DNA from: a virus
IMG/VR virus record: IMGVR_UViG_3300042301_001937
Location: 6,575 to 70,574 of that record
Reading direction: 5' to 3' (one strand)
DNA: 64,000 nucleotides
The position numbers and the translations under genes were made by a program. The notes beneath the pieces are model-generated. The model searched no databases, had not been told where the DNA came from, and worked only from the letters and a program-made list of their open reading frames with translations. Below are positions 23,601 through 32,200 of the stretch, in pieces. Numbering within the stretch: the first letter of the stretch is position 1; each line of letters opens with the position of its first letter.

Positions 23601-25813
23601 TTATCAGCAGCTGCTTTTTCTTTAATATCATTTTCATATTTAGCTAATTTATTTTTAATTATAATCTGTTTTTGTTGTTTTTCAACTTCTTTATCTACTT
23701 GTGCAACTTCTTCATCTTCAGCTACAATATCTGCAGCTTTAGGATCTTTAGCATATCCTTTTAATTCTTCATTAATAGCAGCATATTGTTTTTCAATAAT
23801 TTGTTTTTTCCTATTTAAATCATCTAACTTAGCTTGATCTAAAGCACTATATGTTTCTTTAGTTTCAACTGGTTGACTGATTACTTCAGGATTCATTTCT
23901 AAAGGATTTTTACCTTCAGTAGGATTTTCATTTAATGCTGTTTCAATAGGTGCAATTGAAGGTGCAGATACTTGAATATCAGACGGTTTAATTTCTGAAA
24001 TCTTTTTATTTAAATCTACATATTGTTTTTTTAATACGTCTTGATGTACAAGTCTATTTGCAATATGACTTTTACCAGCAGCACTTAAATTAGCAAATTC
24101 TTTCATTTGAGAAAGACCATCTATAGCTTTAGCTATACTTCTAGCTTCTTCAATTTTTTGTGAAGCTATTTCTGATGGAGTCATTTTCTCATTAGTAATA
24201 GGATTTAAAGGAGCTTCACCAAAAAAGTCTTCTACTTCTTTAGGGTTCATATTACCAATAGATTTAATTTCATCAATTAAATCATTTAACCTACCAGCTT
24301 GATGACGTGATGCAACTAAATCTGCAAATTGTAATTTTTCTGCTAAATCATAACTATCTTGATCGTTTGTTTCTTTAGCAGCTTGTTTAGCAGCTTCATA
24401 CATAACAAACTTTTCAGTACTGTTAGCAAATTCAGGATTGATTACTCTTTTACCTTCTGCATTAATAATATACCTATCTTTAATATCAGGGTTAGCATTT
24501 AAGTTATCTACTAATGCATTTAATCTATTTTTTCTTTCTTTACCATTTAAAGCACTAAATGCTGCTCCTGCACCACCTCCAAGTAAAGCACCAAGTAACA
24601 TAGATTTTTGACCTTCGACTGTAGTAAAAAGATCATTAGTAGCTTTGTTAAATTCACCTAAAAAGTCTTTATTTTGAGCTGCATTTTCTGCACCTTTTTG
24701 GGCTAAGAATTGAAATCCTTCTTCACCAGCTTCTTGTAAAGCTTCTTTAAAAAAATCTTTTAATAATTCACCTTTACCTCTTTCAGCTATTGCATATTTT
24801 AATCCTTGTTTTTGTATATCTTTTAATAATGGATTTTTACCAAACCATCTTCCAGCTTGCATAAAATCGGATACAGCTAAGAACATATTAGCACCAAAAA
24901 CATTATTTCTTTGTTCTTTAGCTAATTGTTTAATTTGATCATCTGTAAGACTTGCATCTTCTAAGTTGTCAGGTGTTTCTCCTAACATTAATTTTTGTCT
25001 AGCTTCTTCTCTTTTTTGAGTTAAATTTTGTATAATTGTACTTTCAGCATCATTAGCTTCAATTGCAGTTTCTCCAACTCTACCTAAAATAGCACTTGTA
25101 ACATCTCCTGTTTTTTCAAGACCTTTAATTAAACTAGAATATTTACCAGCTTCTGCAGCTGTAATTAATTCAGCATCTACTGCTGCTTGTAATTCAGTGG
25201 TTAATAATCCTAATTTACTTTTAGTTATAGCATTACTTAAACGTCCAACACCTTTACTTATAATACCACCAGGTACTAAATTTGATAATAAAAATCCTAC
25301 ACCATTAACAAGATCTGTACCTGTAGCAGCAGATAATAAACTATTTTGTTGTTCTTGAGTATAATAGGTAGGTAATAAATCTTCTTTAATGTATTTATCT
25401 AGTTGAGAAAACCCTTTAACAACAGGGTTAGCTATAACATCATCTAATTGACTTTGATCACCATCTTCCCAAGCATGAATTGCAGCATAAGGTATTCCTC
25501 CTAATACACCTATTGTTGATCCTACGGCTGTACCAAAAGTACCTATTCCTTGTCCTACACTTCTATAAAGTTTTTCAAATCCTGATTGTCTTAATGCTCT
25601 TTTTTCATCCCAAGATTCTGGAGAATCTGAAATAACATCTTGCCCATAGTTAGATAAATATTTAGCATATTTATCATATTCCATAGGTAAAACAGAAGAT
25701 GCTCCTAAATTAGATTCATCAGAATTTTCAAATGTAGGTAAAACAGGTACATCTAATAATTCTACATTAGATCTTTCTTTTAATTGATCTATAAAACTTT
25801 TTTTCTTAGCCAT
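14636..25813 (-). CDS. Virion-packaged single-chain double-psi-barrel RNA polymerase fused to a zincin and a large N-terminal region
   Basis: GYRIPTQGLNSM and catalytic GSDFDVDKL (DFDVD at 17030-17044), DGQG motif, EYHEAYH...EEILAEDFR zincin (~20730-20860) and Gly-rich hydrophobic N-terminal helices. This is the hallmark of crAss-like phages (phi14:2 gp66 family). Confidence 0.93.
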   Translation of the reverse strand: MAKKKSFIDQLKERSNVELLDVPVLPTFENSDESNLGASSVLPMEYDKYAKYLSNYGQDVISDSPESWDEKRALRQSGFEKLYRSVGQGIGTFGTAVGSTIGVLGGIPYAAIHAWEDGDQSQLDDVIANPVVKGFSQLDKYIKEDLLPTYYTQEQQNSLLSAATGTDLVNGVGFLLSNLVPGGIISKGVGRLSNAITKSKLGLLTTELQAAVDAELITAAEAGKYSSLIKGLEKTGDVTSAILGRVGETAIEANDAESTIIQNLTQKREEARQKLMLGETPDNLEDASLTDDQIKQLAKEQRNNVFGANMFLAVSDFMQAGRWFGKNPLLKDIQKQGLKYAIAERGKGELLKDFFKEALQEAGEEGFQFLAQKGAENAAQNKDFLGEFNKATNDLFTTVEGQKSMLLGALLGGGAGAAFSALNGKERKNRLNALVDNLNANPDIKDRYIINAEGKRVINPEFANSTEKFVMYEAAKQAAKETNDQDSYDLAEKLQFADLVASRHQAGRLNDLIDEIKSIGNMNPKEVEDFFGEAPLNPITNEKMTPSEIASQKIEEARSIAKAIDGLSQMKEFANLSAAGKSHIANRLVHQDVLKKQYVDLNKKISEIKPSDIQVSAPSIAPIETALNENPTEGKNPLEMNPEVISQPVETKETYSALDQAKLDDLNRKKQIIEKQYAAINEELKGYAKDPKAADIVAEDEEVAQVDKEVEKQQKQIIIKNKLAKYENDIKEKAAADNLIPEEYKLMSAYNEPLFIAKNAKGETILRNGAGKDVTYRLAKEDFKISHISENSEEEEIEDDSFVQDEEPWKFQKTTIFTSAGRSSTAPNTFNSNGDRENLGLSLGRKLFYKTIKDAKGKLSLKLEVAPEGMYPELFTDDEGNPIDKKDINPKTLPVIIGYLYKATKNDEAEPVTENGIRAYNVIHHNESNHQFASTNPEKDLELLKTLRNTVISREGSGLESYVDITEISNGFLNITESARPLKDVLGLKSVKANGPTIKTSVISPNTRKPVIVENGKEVANVKWSGRPYLRVKTGTNETGNPIYTYEELGTRNLNDFEIESIIMPLIVNYINGNDTVTVDSKEMQILSYNPNTPSILDMFLYFGKTGNHANSIFFGKGNQTRVLSFGANEDGTKLVMNKSNIDQLTAPLLEFLKTKKRAISRKYTEGSINISQNLFIPVFTGSGAVLRELSYLDLISGTNSTFEPALTTRLSEKDILLNQYAVFDPVIKGKANTTISLKTRQSQKPVKKTDEDTDTEEFQISLTEPMNTIEFRLLSDKDKTEYYKNMLKNPKYGKEYIIGTPVPEFADLLAKHDDVIFEASKSDSSYPSLLEFAKENLTEEEYKKFLGYTRTSSAQFGAKPKGKSKSAQFLDKTDTNLKIGSKVLKLVSIDGKEVEKEFIVYGIDGTKVYLRSAVNADLDTAIDNELKVTGAYPVVVRTNKNNKISVRFIVTSESRIINFEGKNVYENKTKSKKSSFGKILRKSIIDDALEQIAKRKEDAKKIYVEQEVVDLTSPFKTNADFDAKLPDNLADVDSEINELVEDIESTEKETEKSDNVEIQPIDVKQPKPEEEPKKPESVDWDDDIDARQNVGLPYKVGDVNSASNWLQKTLGVTPSIAEGIIRVAGFDNGLFGYFYQGAITLSDILEEGTEYHEAYHLVSRMYLTPSQRQSLYNEVRKREGKELTDKQAEEILAEDFREYVMTDGKVVYPEVQKNIFQKLLDFVKWIFGAKPLTVNELFSKINQGYYNQKKYIQKINNGKTDMFGRDAAHIFSPSETFKTDETLNSLFSVYLKTNKLRLYNLDVKESIANFETYAKEQLALTNSVFNVDPKYFLKRFKENLLAQPEFDFEVELPEEERGKNSGENYSESNRLSAFTKINDNVNVMFSIISDVSSKRDPDTNQFKIIPKSEVKAYLADILHDVFSYKEMINILTEKANQTSTDNSKFEKRNAGIAKQILYQLKGTDTGPSATAFRIQFQEGLSLVKQAMLTTIHYAPSKTSTGNAVVVNSMESVIEKRIKDSWANSVMRSNYITNVQGLRFISEANWNVLLAQDPKTFFESLGIEFRGQITPSVMGLVALLKNHLNKLPQKRITLLKDNKDTEVIVRTPVLFGVDSYYDDYLSTLTDAFEKKSLFTAIAGIKDAVKNLVALEVPYYNSTIEAQSRNTEGETVYAYSKPSFIFQQIKRIKDGIAKYNTANNSVLWEAIEDNAIDVSLIDGGKYNGQGEEGIHISQFTEEDMLYNKIVNLFNDPTRGTIQFLQMADKKSVPGLTVNKNTSRNLIYNPSEITITPDGTISLSSANRAVKRLWDMYKNYQELDKNTDVLDNIKTYGKAVDVFEEVNNNKPYENIDQFAKGISLIVTQGMLDTLPFANNFIGKKGDNVKSIIPDNILSLSDKVDVIDQVKQIVAAVVTTEFVNNLDQMNVFFGNAIFYKALFKRTPEVRANGRVPSVDDFVNETILEFRKQYDITEEQKNAMPIDGTYKSIIGKDKMASSKYAEEYKEILGKDAYGNDQINPVDGQGMSTFYFYLEYGIRTGQLYGKEFEKAVEAELKGLSSNYPFPPLKLVHYGNQLLENEFVPVFYKFSVYPLIPSMIKGRNLEKINKKLLDSGAGLYIFDSGVKDGNPKVLDDASTDTVDPKSMHHLNLQDLKIQVDINPKYDKFSLLLGTQIRKLINQNSADAGKNVKNKELIDSYEQTVKDLIQLEAEMLADKLGEDLTSLQSGIISHESWSKLIDMFKESAIEREESDNLIIGLDYLKQEDLTIDVLPNRNKVQNLMNAFINNKILKQNMRGRAYVQCSSVGFEYSTEKDLEAAVKKGIVLKDSEFYRSHFVDGKFDSTEARLGFVHVKEDKIVTAEILLPYYFKEAGFDINNINPKLLEALGYRIPTQGLNSMLAFKVVGFLPKSTDQLVAVPYEITMQSGSDFDVDKLNTFLRNYILQNEELKPISEEKEITYSKLLTDLIDKRDSLVLENYTLEELEDLEIETLEDIDTEKLDKKIEELKEKETKKFKKLKLQEQLFDIMYQKLTDPSMMFDYINPNSAENLENQAKEINQIQTAPYKKTTEYKGYRQFLTSTNIKVAKNFWSAKAGVGQAASQSVFTALTQLYPIVQEKYSNRLFIPKDQIILEDNKIVFGRINNAADKSIIDLIANQHVSANVDAASKPFVFQLNANLLTNDVHYYLIAATVPDTWVNKFLTQPIIIDYVNEMEQNKGIVAKRRRALFNIYNNEQAVFEKLKSKYGRPYDVSEYFTSQLDDDGLRIPTASDENRRYTEEELVEFMKNPTKYSQQQINILDDFLFYKQFASQRRDQIAAIKFDTEGSGKNLPESKIINFRYYKIIERKFFSGLNELVQNSFLSAFKTNVLDLTLQMYANSTIVERTPDAQSALYIVMEKLFNSKQLKPENMYKIYGLITNTILQNNLVTTNQEQWWNVNMLSSNSIALQVSKMINSKELEDNYLFQNLLTIDYALTPNEPDIIRIDNTVRIDNDLQKVIYESFKSFGNLNPEMYRKIIEASLFQTGVIESPVSFYKYIPVDDFVNVVGPLVKRQSRIDTLTYLSQIYQNLPTLKGVVKSVRYNDIIGEKSGLPDSIEVPNEFNYDVNYLLKKSKNKIGLYERKGENKDTFVFEKIPIKSNLKFYNTLINSNINVTNLDEDITDIDYVEVIPEVKGLPAAEPTTTASYAISKIKLSDGKEYNVKDITEEMLIDLKYSQEDAMEIINKFCKQL

Positions 25814-27795
25814 TATTTTTTCTTAGTTTGATTATTAGCACCATAAAATTTAGGAAGTAATTTATACATACTGCTATTTTGATTTATTACTTTTCCATTA
25901 GGATCTAACATAACATAGCTACCGTCATCTTTTAACATAATAGAATTGTTTCCATAAGATTTTTTTACAGTAGCAGCAAATCTAGAATCTTCTATTTCGT
26001 CTGCTAAATCTGCTAGTTTAACTGGAATATTTGGATAAGCAATAGGAGTAATGCCTTTGTATATATTAGTATTTAATACATCTGAATCAGGTACTAATTT
26101 AGCTATTTCTCCTAAAATAGCTGTTTCATGTTGTTTTTTAGGCACCATTCTTACAGAACGGCCTTTACTATCTCTACCTTCAAAAGTAATACCTAGACCT
26201 CCACCATAAGGCTCTAATGTAAAATTAGTAAGTGCGTCTAATTTTCTATTTTCTCCATCTTCCCACTTACCTTCAATTATATCAAATTTATCTATAGTAA
26301 AATCTTCTCTTAATTTGTTAAATAATTCACGTGATTGTGGATTAGTTACACTCCAACTATAAGTAGGAGTTTGTCTAGTTTGTTGCTTTTGAGTTGTAAA
26401 TTGTTCAAATTGATCTTCAAAATCAGAATCTAAAATTCCTGAATTAGCAATTTTACCATAACGTTCTATTAATTTACCGACTGCATTACCAACTTTAGGA
26501 TTACCTTTACCTTGAGCAGCTATTCTTAACCCATCAAGTACATTCATAACATCTTGAGCACCAGATGCTAAAAACCAATCTGATCTTCCTGCTGTAGATT
26601 TATTTAATATTGATGCATATTCAGGATATTCTTGAGAAAATTTAAACATATCATTAGTTAAAGCTACTACTTCTTTAGCTTTAGGATCTTTTGCAGCCAT
26701 AGCATGTAATGTAGACATTAATTTAACTTTAGCTCCTTTATCTCCTAATAATGCAGAATTAAACATTACAGGAAATTCAGATCTACCTTCTGCTCCAAGA
26801 GGTTGATATTGATCTGTTGGACTATATACACCACTTTGATTTACATTACCATTACCTGCTCCTAAATTAAAATTAGTCCATGGAGTAACATCAGCTGTTC
26901 TATCATCTTGATATTGTCTTAATAATCCAGCAGATGCATGTATTGATGGAATAATATCGTTTTTATAAATTTTTTGTTTTACAGCTTTACCTTCTTCACT
27001 TTCAGGATCTAAATTATATAATTGTTGTACTTCTCTATTAAGATAAGCTTGAATAGTAGTATCTTCTTTTAAAGCAGGATCTAAAGCTTCTTCAATTTCT
27101 TTTTCAGTTAATTTTAATATTTTACCTGAATAAGTTTTTTTAGCAAGAATAGCTCCTGGAACTTGATTTACTTGAGTTCTAGATATTTCTTTACCTTCTG
27201 GACTTAATCCAATAATATCATAATCTTTACCTTTTGTACTAGTAGGTTTCATTACAGAACCATAATTTAAAGCTAATTTTAACGGTTCAATATCTGCAGC
27301 AGCATCGTGCATAGGAACATTTAATCCTGTAATGACTCTTTTTTCAGGGTCGTAACCTAATTTAGGAAGATTTTTTAAAAAATAATCCATTTGCCTATCT
27401 CTTGTTTTAAAGTATATAGGGTTTTTAGCTATTTCTTCTTTACGTTTTTCAATTAATTCATTTTTCTTAGCAATAGCAGTGTAGTTATTAGCAGCTTCTT
27501 GTGCTAAATTAAGAGTTTCCCATCTCATATTGTGATAGTCACCTCTGTCGGCTACGTCTTTTAATTGATTTTCGTATTGTGAAAATATTTGTTGAGCAGC
27601 TTCTTTATCTGCTTCATTTGCTTGTGAAAGCATTTGCCTTTGGTATTCTTGGGCTTTAGTGTAGTTTTCTTTTGATTTATCATACCTGTCTTGTAAAACA
27701 TCAGAAGTTTTTACAAGTGCTTCTAAGGGCAGTTGCTCAGGAGTAATTTCTATATTTGGGCTAACGTACCCAGCAAGATTCCAATTTATGGCCAT
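25813..27795 (-). CDS. Putative virion cargo/ejection protein
   Basis: 660 aa with a coiled-coil N-terminus; stop/start coupled (TAATG) to the RNAP gene. Confidence 0.6.
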   Translation of the reverse strand: MAINWNLAGYVSPNIEITPEQLPLEALVKTSDVLQDRYDKSKENYTKAQEYQRQMLSQANEADKEAAQQIFSQYENQLKDVADRGDYHNMRWETLNLAQEAANNYTAIAKKNELIEKRKEEIAKNPIYFKTRDRQMDYFLKNLPKLGYDPEKRVITGLNVPMHDAAADIEPLKLALNYGSVMKPTSTKGKDYDIIGLSPEGKEISRTQVNQVPGAILAKKTYSGKILKLTEKEIEEALDPALKEDTTIQAYLNREVQQLYNLDPESEEGKAVKQKIYKNDIIPSIHASAGLLRQYQDDRTADVTPWTNFNLGAGNGNVNQSGVYSPTDQYQPLGAEGRSEFPVMFNSALLGDKGAKVKLMSTLHAMAAKDPKAKEVVALTNDMFKFSQEYPEYASILNKSTAGRSDWFLASGAQDVMNVLDGLRIAAQGKGNPKVGNAVGKLIERYGKIANSGILDSDFEDQFEQFTTQKQQTRQTPTYSWSVTNPQSRELFNKLREDFTIDKFDIIEGKWEDGENRKLDALTNFTLEPYGGGLGITFEGRDSKGRSVRMVPKKQHETAILGEIAKLVPDSDVLNTNIYKGITPIAYPNIPVKLADLADEIEDSRFAATVKKSYGNNSIMLKDDGSYVMLDPNGKVINQNSSMYKLLPKFYGANNQTKKK

Positions 27796-27820
27796 AAAGT
27801 TAATTTAAATTACAGTGTTA

Positions 27821-27828
27821 CAAATTTA
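27821..27828 (-). promoter_or_regulatory. Bacteroidota sigma-A -7 promoter element (TAAATTTG)
   Basis: Matches TAnnTTTG on the - strand, 25 nt upstream of ATG 27795, in an intergenic gap. Confidence 0.7.
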
Positions 27829-27856
27829 TAGATTTTTATTTAAATAAAAAAGCTGG

Positions 27857-29239
27857 TTATTTACCAGCTTTCTTTTTTAGTGTTCTTTTAGGAGAAGATT
27901 TTATCATACCTCCGTATTTATTTTTTTCAGTTCCTTTAACTCCTGCTTCTGTATCTTCTTTAACTCTTTTACCTTCTAACCTATTAGCATAAGCTTTCCA
28001 TGATTCTAATTGATTGTTATAAGCAGTTAAGTTATTGAAAATATTAGCAACAGATTTAGACGTATCAGCAGTTACAGCATTTTTAGCTCCTGTTTTCCAA
28101 AGATTGTAATTATACAAAGCTTCTCTGTTAGCTTGGTCTATAGCTGCATTTGCTTTTGATGTTTCATTAGCAGCAGCGGCCATTTGTTTATTATACTCAT
28201 TCATAGCTTGAGTATTTAAATTAGTTTCGTTTTGGAAGCTTTCACCTTTTTTCTGCATTTGTAAATTCCTCATTTTCTGGTAGTTACCAGCTTGAGTTGA
28301 ATAACTACCTCCACCTAATCTAATACCCATATTAGCTGCAGCAGTATCAGCATCAATTGCTTGACGTTGTGCAGACAAATCATATCTATTTGGAGATACA
28401 CCTGCAGTAAATCCAACAGCATCAAATGGTGTTGGAGCTTGTGTTTTATTAATACGATCTTGTTGAATTAAAGCTTGAGTTAAGTTAGTAGCTAAAGCAT
28501 AAGGAGAATAAGACATTTCATCATTAAGTTCAGCAATAGCATTTGAATTTTTTCTAGGTTGTACATAATCAAATTCAGGCATAGGTAAATCATCAGGAGG
28601 AACCATTCTACGTATAGGTTGTCCAATCATACTTTTAGGCTGAATTGTATTCATTACAACTGGAGCCATATTTCTAGAATAATTAGTTAACGTACTTTCT
28701 TGAGTTTCAGGAGCTTGCATTGTATTAACAGGAAAATAATTTGATTTACCCATTATACTTCTTGGTTTTAATGCTACAGATCCAGACATAGAATTTAATT
28801 CTTCTATTGGAGCATAATTAGGATCACCTTCCATTAATGCTGGTCTAGGTCTTACTAAATCTGCTAAACTAGCAACAGGTGCAGTTTGTCCAACATAAGG
28901 ATATGGACTTACTAATGGATCATTATTATACATTAATGATCTGTAAGGATCGTTGTTAGCAAACATAACTTCTTGATCATTAGTAATAGGTGAAACTGTA
29001 TTTCCGTTTGCATATTTTACCAATCCACCATTACGATGCATTGATAAATTCATATTGTTGCTAGGATATAATGCTCTAGGTACATTCATTTCTGCCCCAA
29101 ATTTAGGAAATTGAACTGCTCCACCTTCTGCCATTACTGACATAGGATCTGTACCAGCATTAATTGCCTGTCTTACAGACGATTCTAAATGTTTAGGTAC
29201 TTTAATTGTTTTACCTGTTTTTGAATGTTTTATTTTCAT
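27857..29239 (-). CDS. Putative virion cargo protein with xxGG motifs
   Basis: Pro/Met-rich N-half and Ala/Gln/Asn coiled C-half; MAEGG, HRNGG and NKYGG motifs. Confidence 0.65.
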   Translation of the reverse strand: MKIKHSKTGKTIKVPKHLESSVRQAINAGTDPMSVMAEGGAVQFPKFGAEMNVPRALYPSNNMNLSMHRNGGLVKYANGNTVSPITNDQEVMFANNDPYRSLMYNNDPLVSPYPYVGQTAPVASLADLVRPRPALMEGDPNYAPIEELNSMSGSVALKPRSIMGKSNYFPVNTMQAPETQESTLTNYSRNMAPVVMNTIQPKSMIGQPIRRMVPPDDLPMPEFDYVQPRKNSNAIAELNDEMSYSPYALATNLTQALIQQDRINKTQAPTPFDAVGFTAGVSPNRYDLSAQRQAIDADTAAANMGIRLGGGSYSTQAGNYQKMRNLQMQKKGESFQNETNLNTQAMNEYNKQMAAAANETSKANAAIDQANREALYNYNLWKTGAKNAVTADTSKSVANIFNNLTAYNNQLESWKAYANRLEGKRVKEDTEAGVKGTEKNKYGGMIKSSPKRTLKKKAGK

Positions 29240-29240
29240 G

Positions 29241-32200
29241 TTAGTCTTCGATTATTTCCCAAGAACCTATAGTACCACCTTGAGCAAACTGTTGTGCAAA
29301 GTTAGCATCTCTTTGTGATTTATACTCTTCTTGAGTGTTAAATAAATTATTTAATTGTTGATTGAACAACATTTCAGTATTAGCTTTAGCTACACTATCA
29401 GGTTTTCTATCTAAACTTCTAATTTTATTGTTAATCTTTTTAGCATGTTCAGCATAAGTTTTACCGTTTAATTTTAACCTGTCACTAAATACTTTAGTTC
29501 CTTCAGGTAAAGCTACTTCTATACCACCTTCATCGTGACTAGGACCATTAACTTGTCCTACTTCACCACCAGGTAACATAAACTGTTCGTTTAATTCTAA
29601 TTCTGCATTAGCACCTTCTTGATCAGTATTGATAGAACCACCATAAGGATATAATTGTGTACCCATTGTTTGAGTTAAACCAGCAGATTCATTAGCTTTT
29701 CCTCTAATACGTTTTAACGAAATTCTATTGTTAGATTCTACTTGAGCTTTTTTAGCTGCTTCTTCTTCTTCTGCAGAATTAAAATAACCCATAGCTCCTC
29801 CTATAACTGCACCAGCAAGAGCACCATAAGGTCCTAAAGCAGCACCAGTTGCAGCACCTTGAGCAGCACCTTTACCTATACCTGCCCAAGTATTAGTAGA
29901 TGAACCTACAACATTACCTTCATCATCAGTATATTCGTTATTTGGAACTTTACTTAAAGCTAATTCTGCAATTTGAGCACCAGCACCAATACCAGCTGAA
30001 GCTAAATTAGGATTTTTCCAACCTTTACCTTTACCTACTACTTCAAACATTCCATTACTAGTAGTTTGAGGATTTGTAGCATCACCAGCAGTAGTTACTG
30101 TACCAGCATCACCATATTTTTTTAAACTTCTACCTATAGTTCCACCCATAGCTTTAGTTGCTAAAGGTACTCTTCTTGTTAACATATCATTTGCTAATGT
30201 ACTAGCTACTGCAGAACTATCTGCTTTTTTAGGTAAAACTTTTACAGTTCCGTCTCTACCTGTTAATACGGTATTACCATTAGCGTCTATACTTTTAGTC
30301 CATGTTTGACCGTAACCATTAGGTTTAGAAGGATTTGCTATGTTGTCATTTTGAATTAAATATTGTGTTCTAGCACCTAAAATACCATCATCATATTTTC
30401 CTGCTTTTGTAGCTCCAAAAGTACTATTCATTTTATCTAACAATGCTTGTCCTTGAGGAGTACCTTGTAACATTTTTAATTGAGCACTTTGGAAATTTGC
30501 ATTATTATCTGTAGGTAAATTGTGTTGTTTAGCATAATCAGTTACTAATTTATCAGTTAAGTTAAATTGATTATTAGAAAATGCATTGCTTTGACCTGTT
30601 GGAGTTTTTTGCATTCCTCCTTGATATGTAGTTAATCCTGTTTTTGGAGTAGTAGTAGCTGGGGTTGTAACTTTTGCAGCTTCAATATCTTTAAGTGTTG
30701 GTCCACCCATATCATATTTCATCAAACCTCCTTCGGCAAAATCTAATCTACCGTAAGATTTATGTTTAGGTCCTCTTCCACAACCATTAGTGTTACCACC
30801 ATCTCCAATATTATATCTTACACCAGCATTAAAATAAGGTTGATCATTAACCATATCATATCCACCTTCACCTGAAAATCCAAATTTACTTCTATAGCTA
30901 GGTTTTAAATTAACGCCTAACCCAGCTCTGCCCATAACAGCTGAAGCATTTGGATCCATTAGATTTTTTTCTAAAGCAGCCATTTGATTAGGATCAGCAT
31001 AGTATTTACCTGCAGCTACACCATAAACATTTCCTTGAGGTCCTCTACGAGATCCAAAAGAACCTAAACTTGGAGTTATTTGACCTTCAAGAAAAGGCAT
31101 ATCTTTACCCATCATATTACCGTAACCTACACCTAACATTACAGGATTTAAATTTAAACCTGCACTTGCATTATAACCAAGACGGTTAACATCACCTTTT
31201 AAATAACCTCCACCAAAAACACCCCCTTTAAAACCAGGTCCTCCTTGACTATCGTAATAAGATTGTAATAGACCTGTAGATCCACCGTCAGGATATTGAA
31301 CCATTCCACCTACAGCAAATTTTTTCTTATAACTAACTTCAGCGTTAATACCTTGATTCATAGGATTATAGTTAAAGTTACCACTAAAGTTACTATTGTT
31401 TCTATCGTAGTTTAAATTTAATCCTACATTAGCATCAGGACGAATCATAGGAGCACCATTAAATCCATCAGTATTTAAAGGTAAAGTATGGTTAAATCCT
31501 AAGTTAGCATTTAAACCAGCATTAAAATTACCAAGTTTTCTTTGGTAATCAGCAGCTAATTTATAGTTAGACTCTACAGCTTTAGGATTAGGGTTTCTAG
31601 AATAGTTACCTGTTAAACCAAAAGTATTATTAGGTTCAACTTCACCACCTTCTGCATGTTTAAACTTAGCAGCATTTTTAGCAAAGTTAGCACGTTTAAC
31701 TATGGTAGAAGAATATTTACCTTTATTAGCCATAACATGACTAGCAGCTTCTTGCACACCCATACCATGAGATTTTGCCCAAGCTGTAAATTTACCTTTG
31801 TTTTCAGGTTTAATGTGGATACCACCGTATTTATATTCTTTAAAGTTTTTCATCATTGGAGCTATTTCTTTATAATGTTGTGCAAAATATTCTGCATCTT
31901 CAGGAGATTCAAACCTCATATCTTCTTTAGATGGAGTCATACCGTCTACTAAACGTAAATTAGCATCTCCAAAATCTTGTAATAATGGAATTGCATAATT
32001 ACCCATACTAGTCATATAATGAGTACCTATACCTTCTGGTGTCATTCCTGTTTTAGGATTAGCTGATACCATTCTTTTAGCAGCAGGATTACCAAAATGA
32101 GCATCTAAAGCCATACGTGCTTTCATCATTCCAGTTTTACCTCCATCGGCATATTGATCAAATTCATCATCAATTTCTCCACCTTCAGCCCAAGTCTTTC

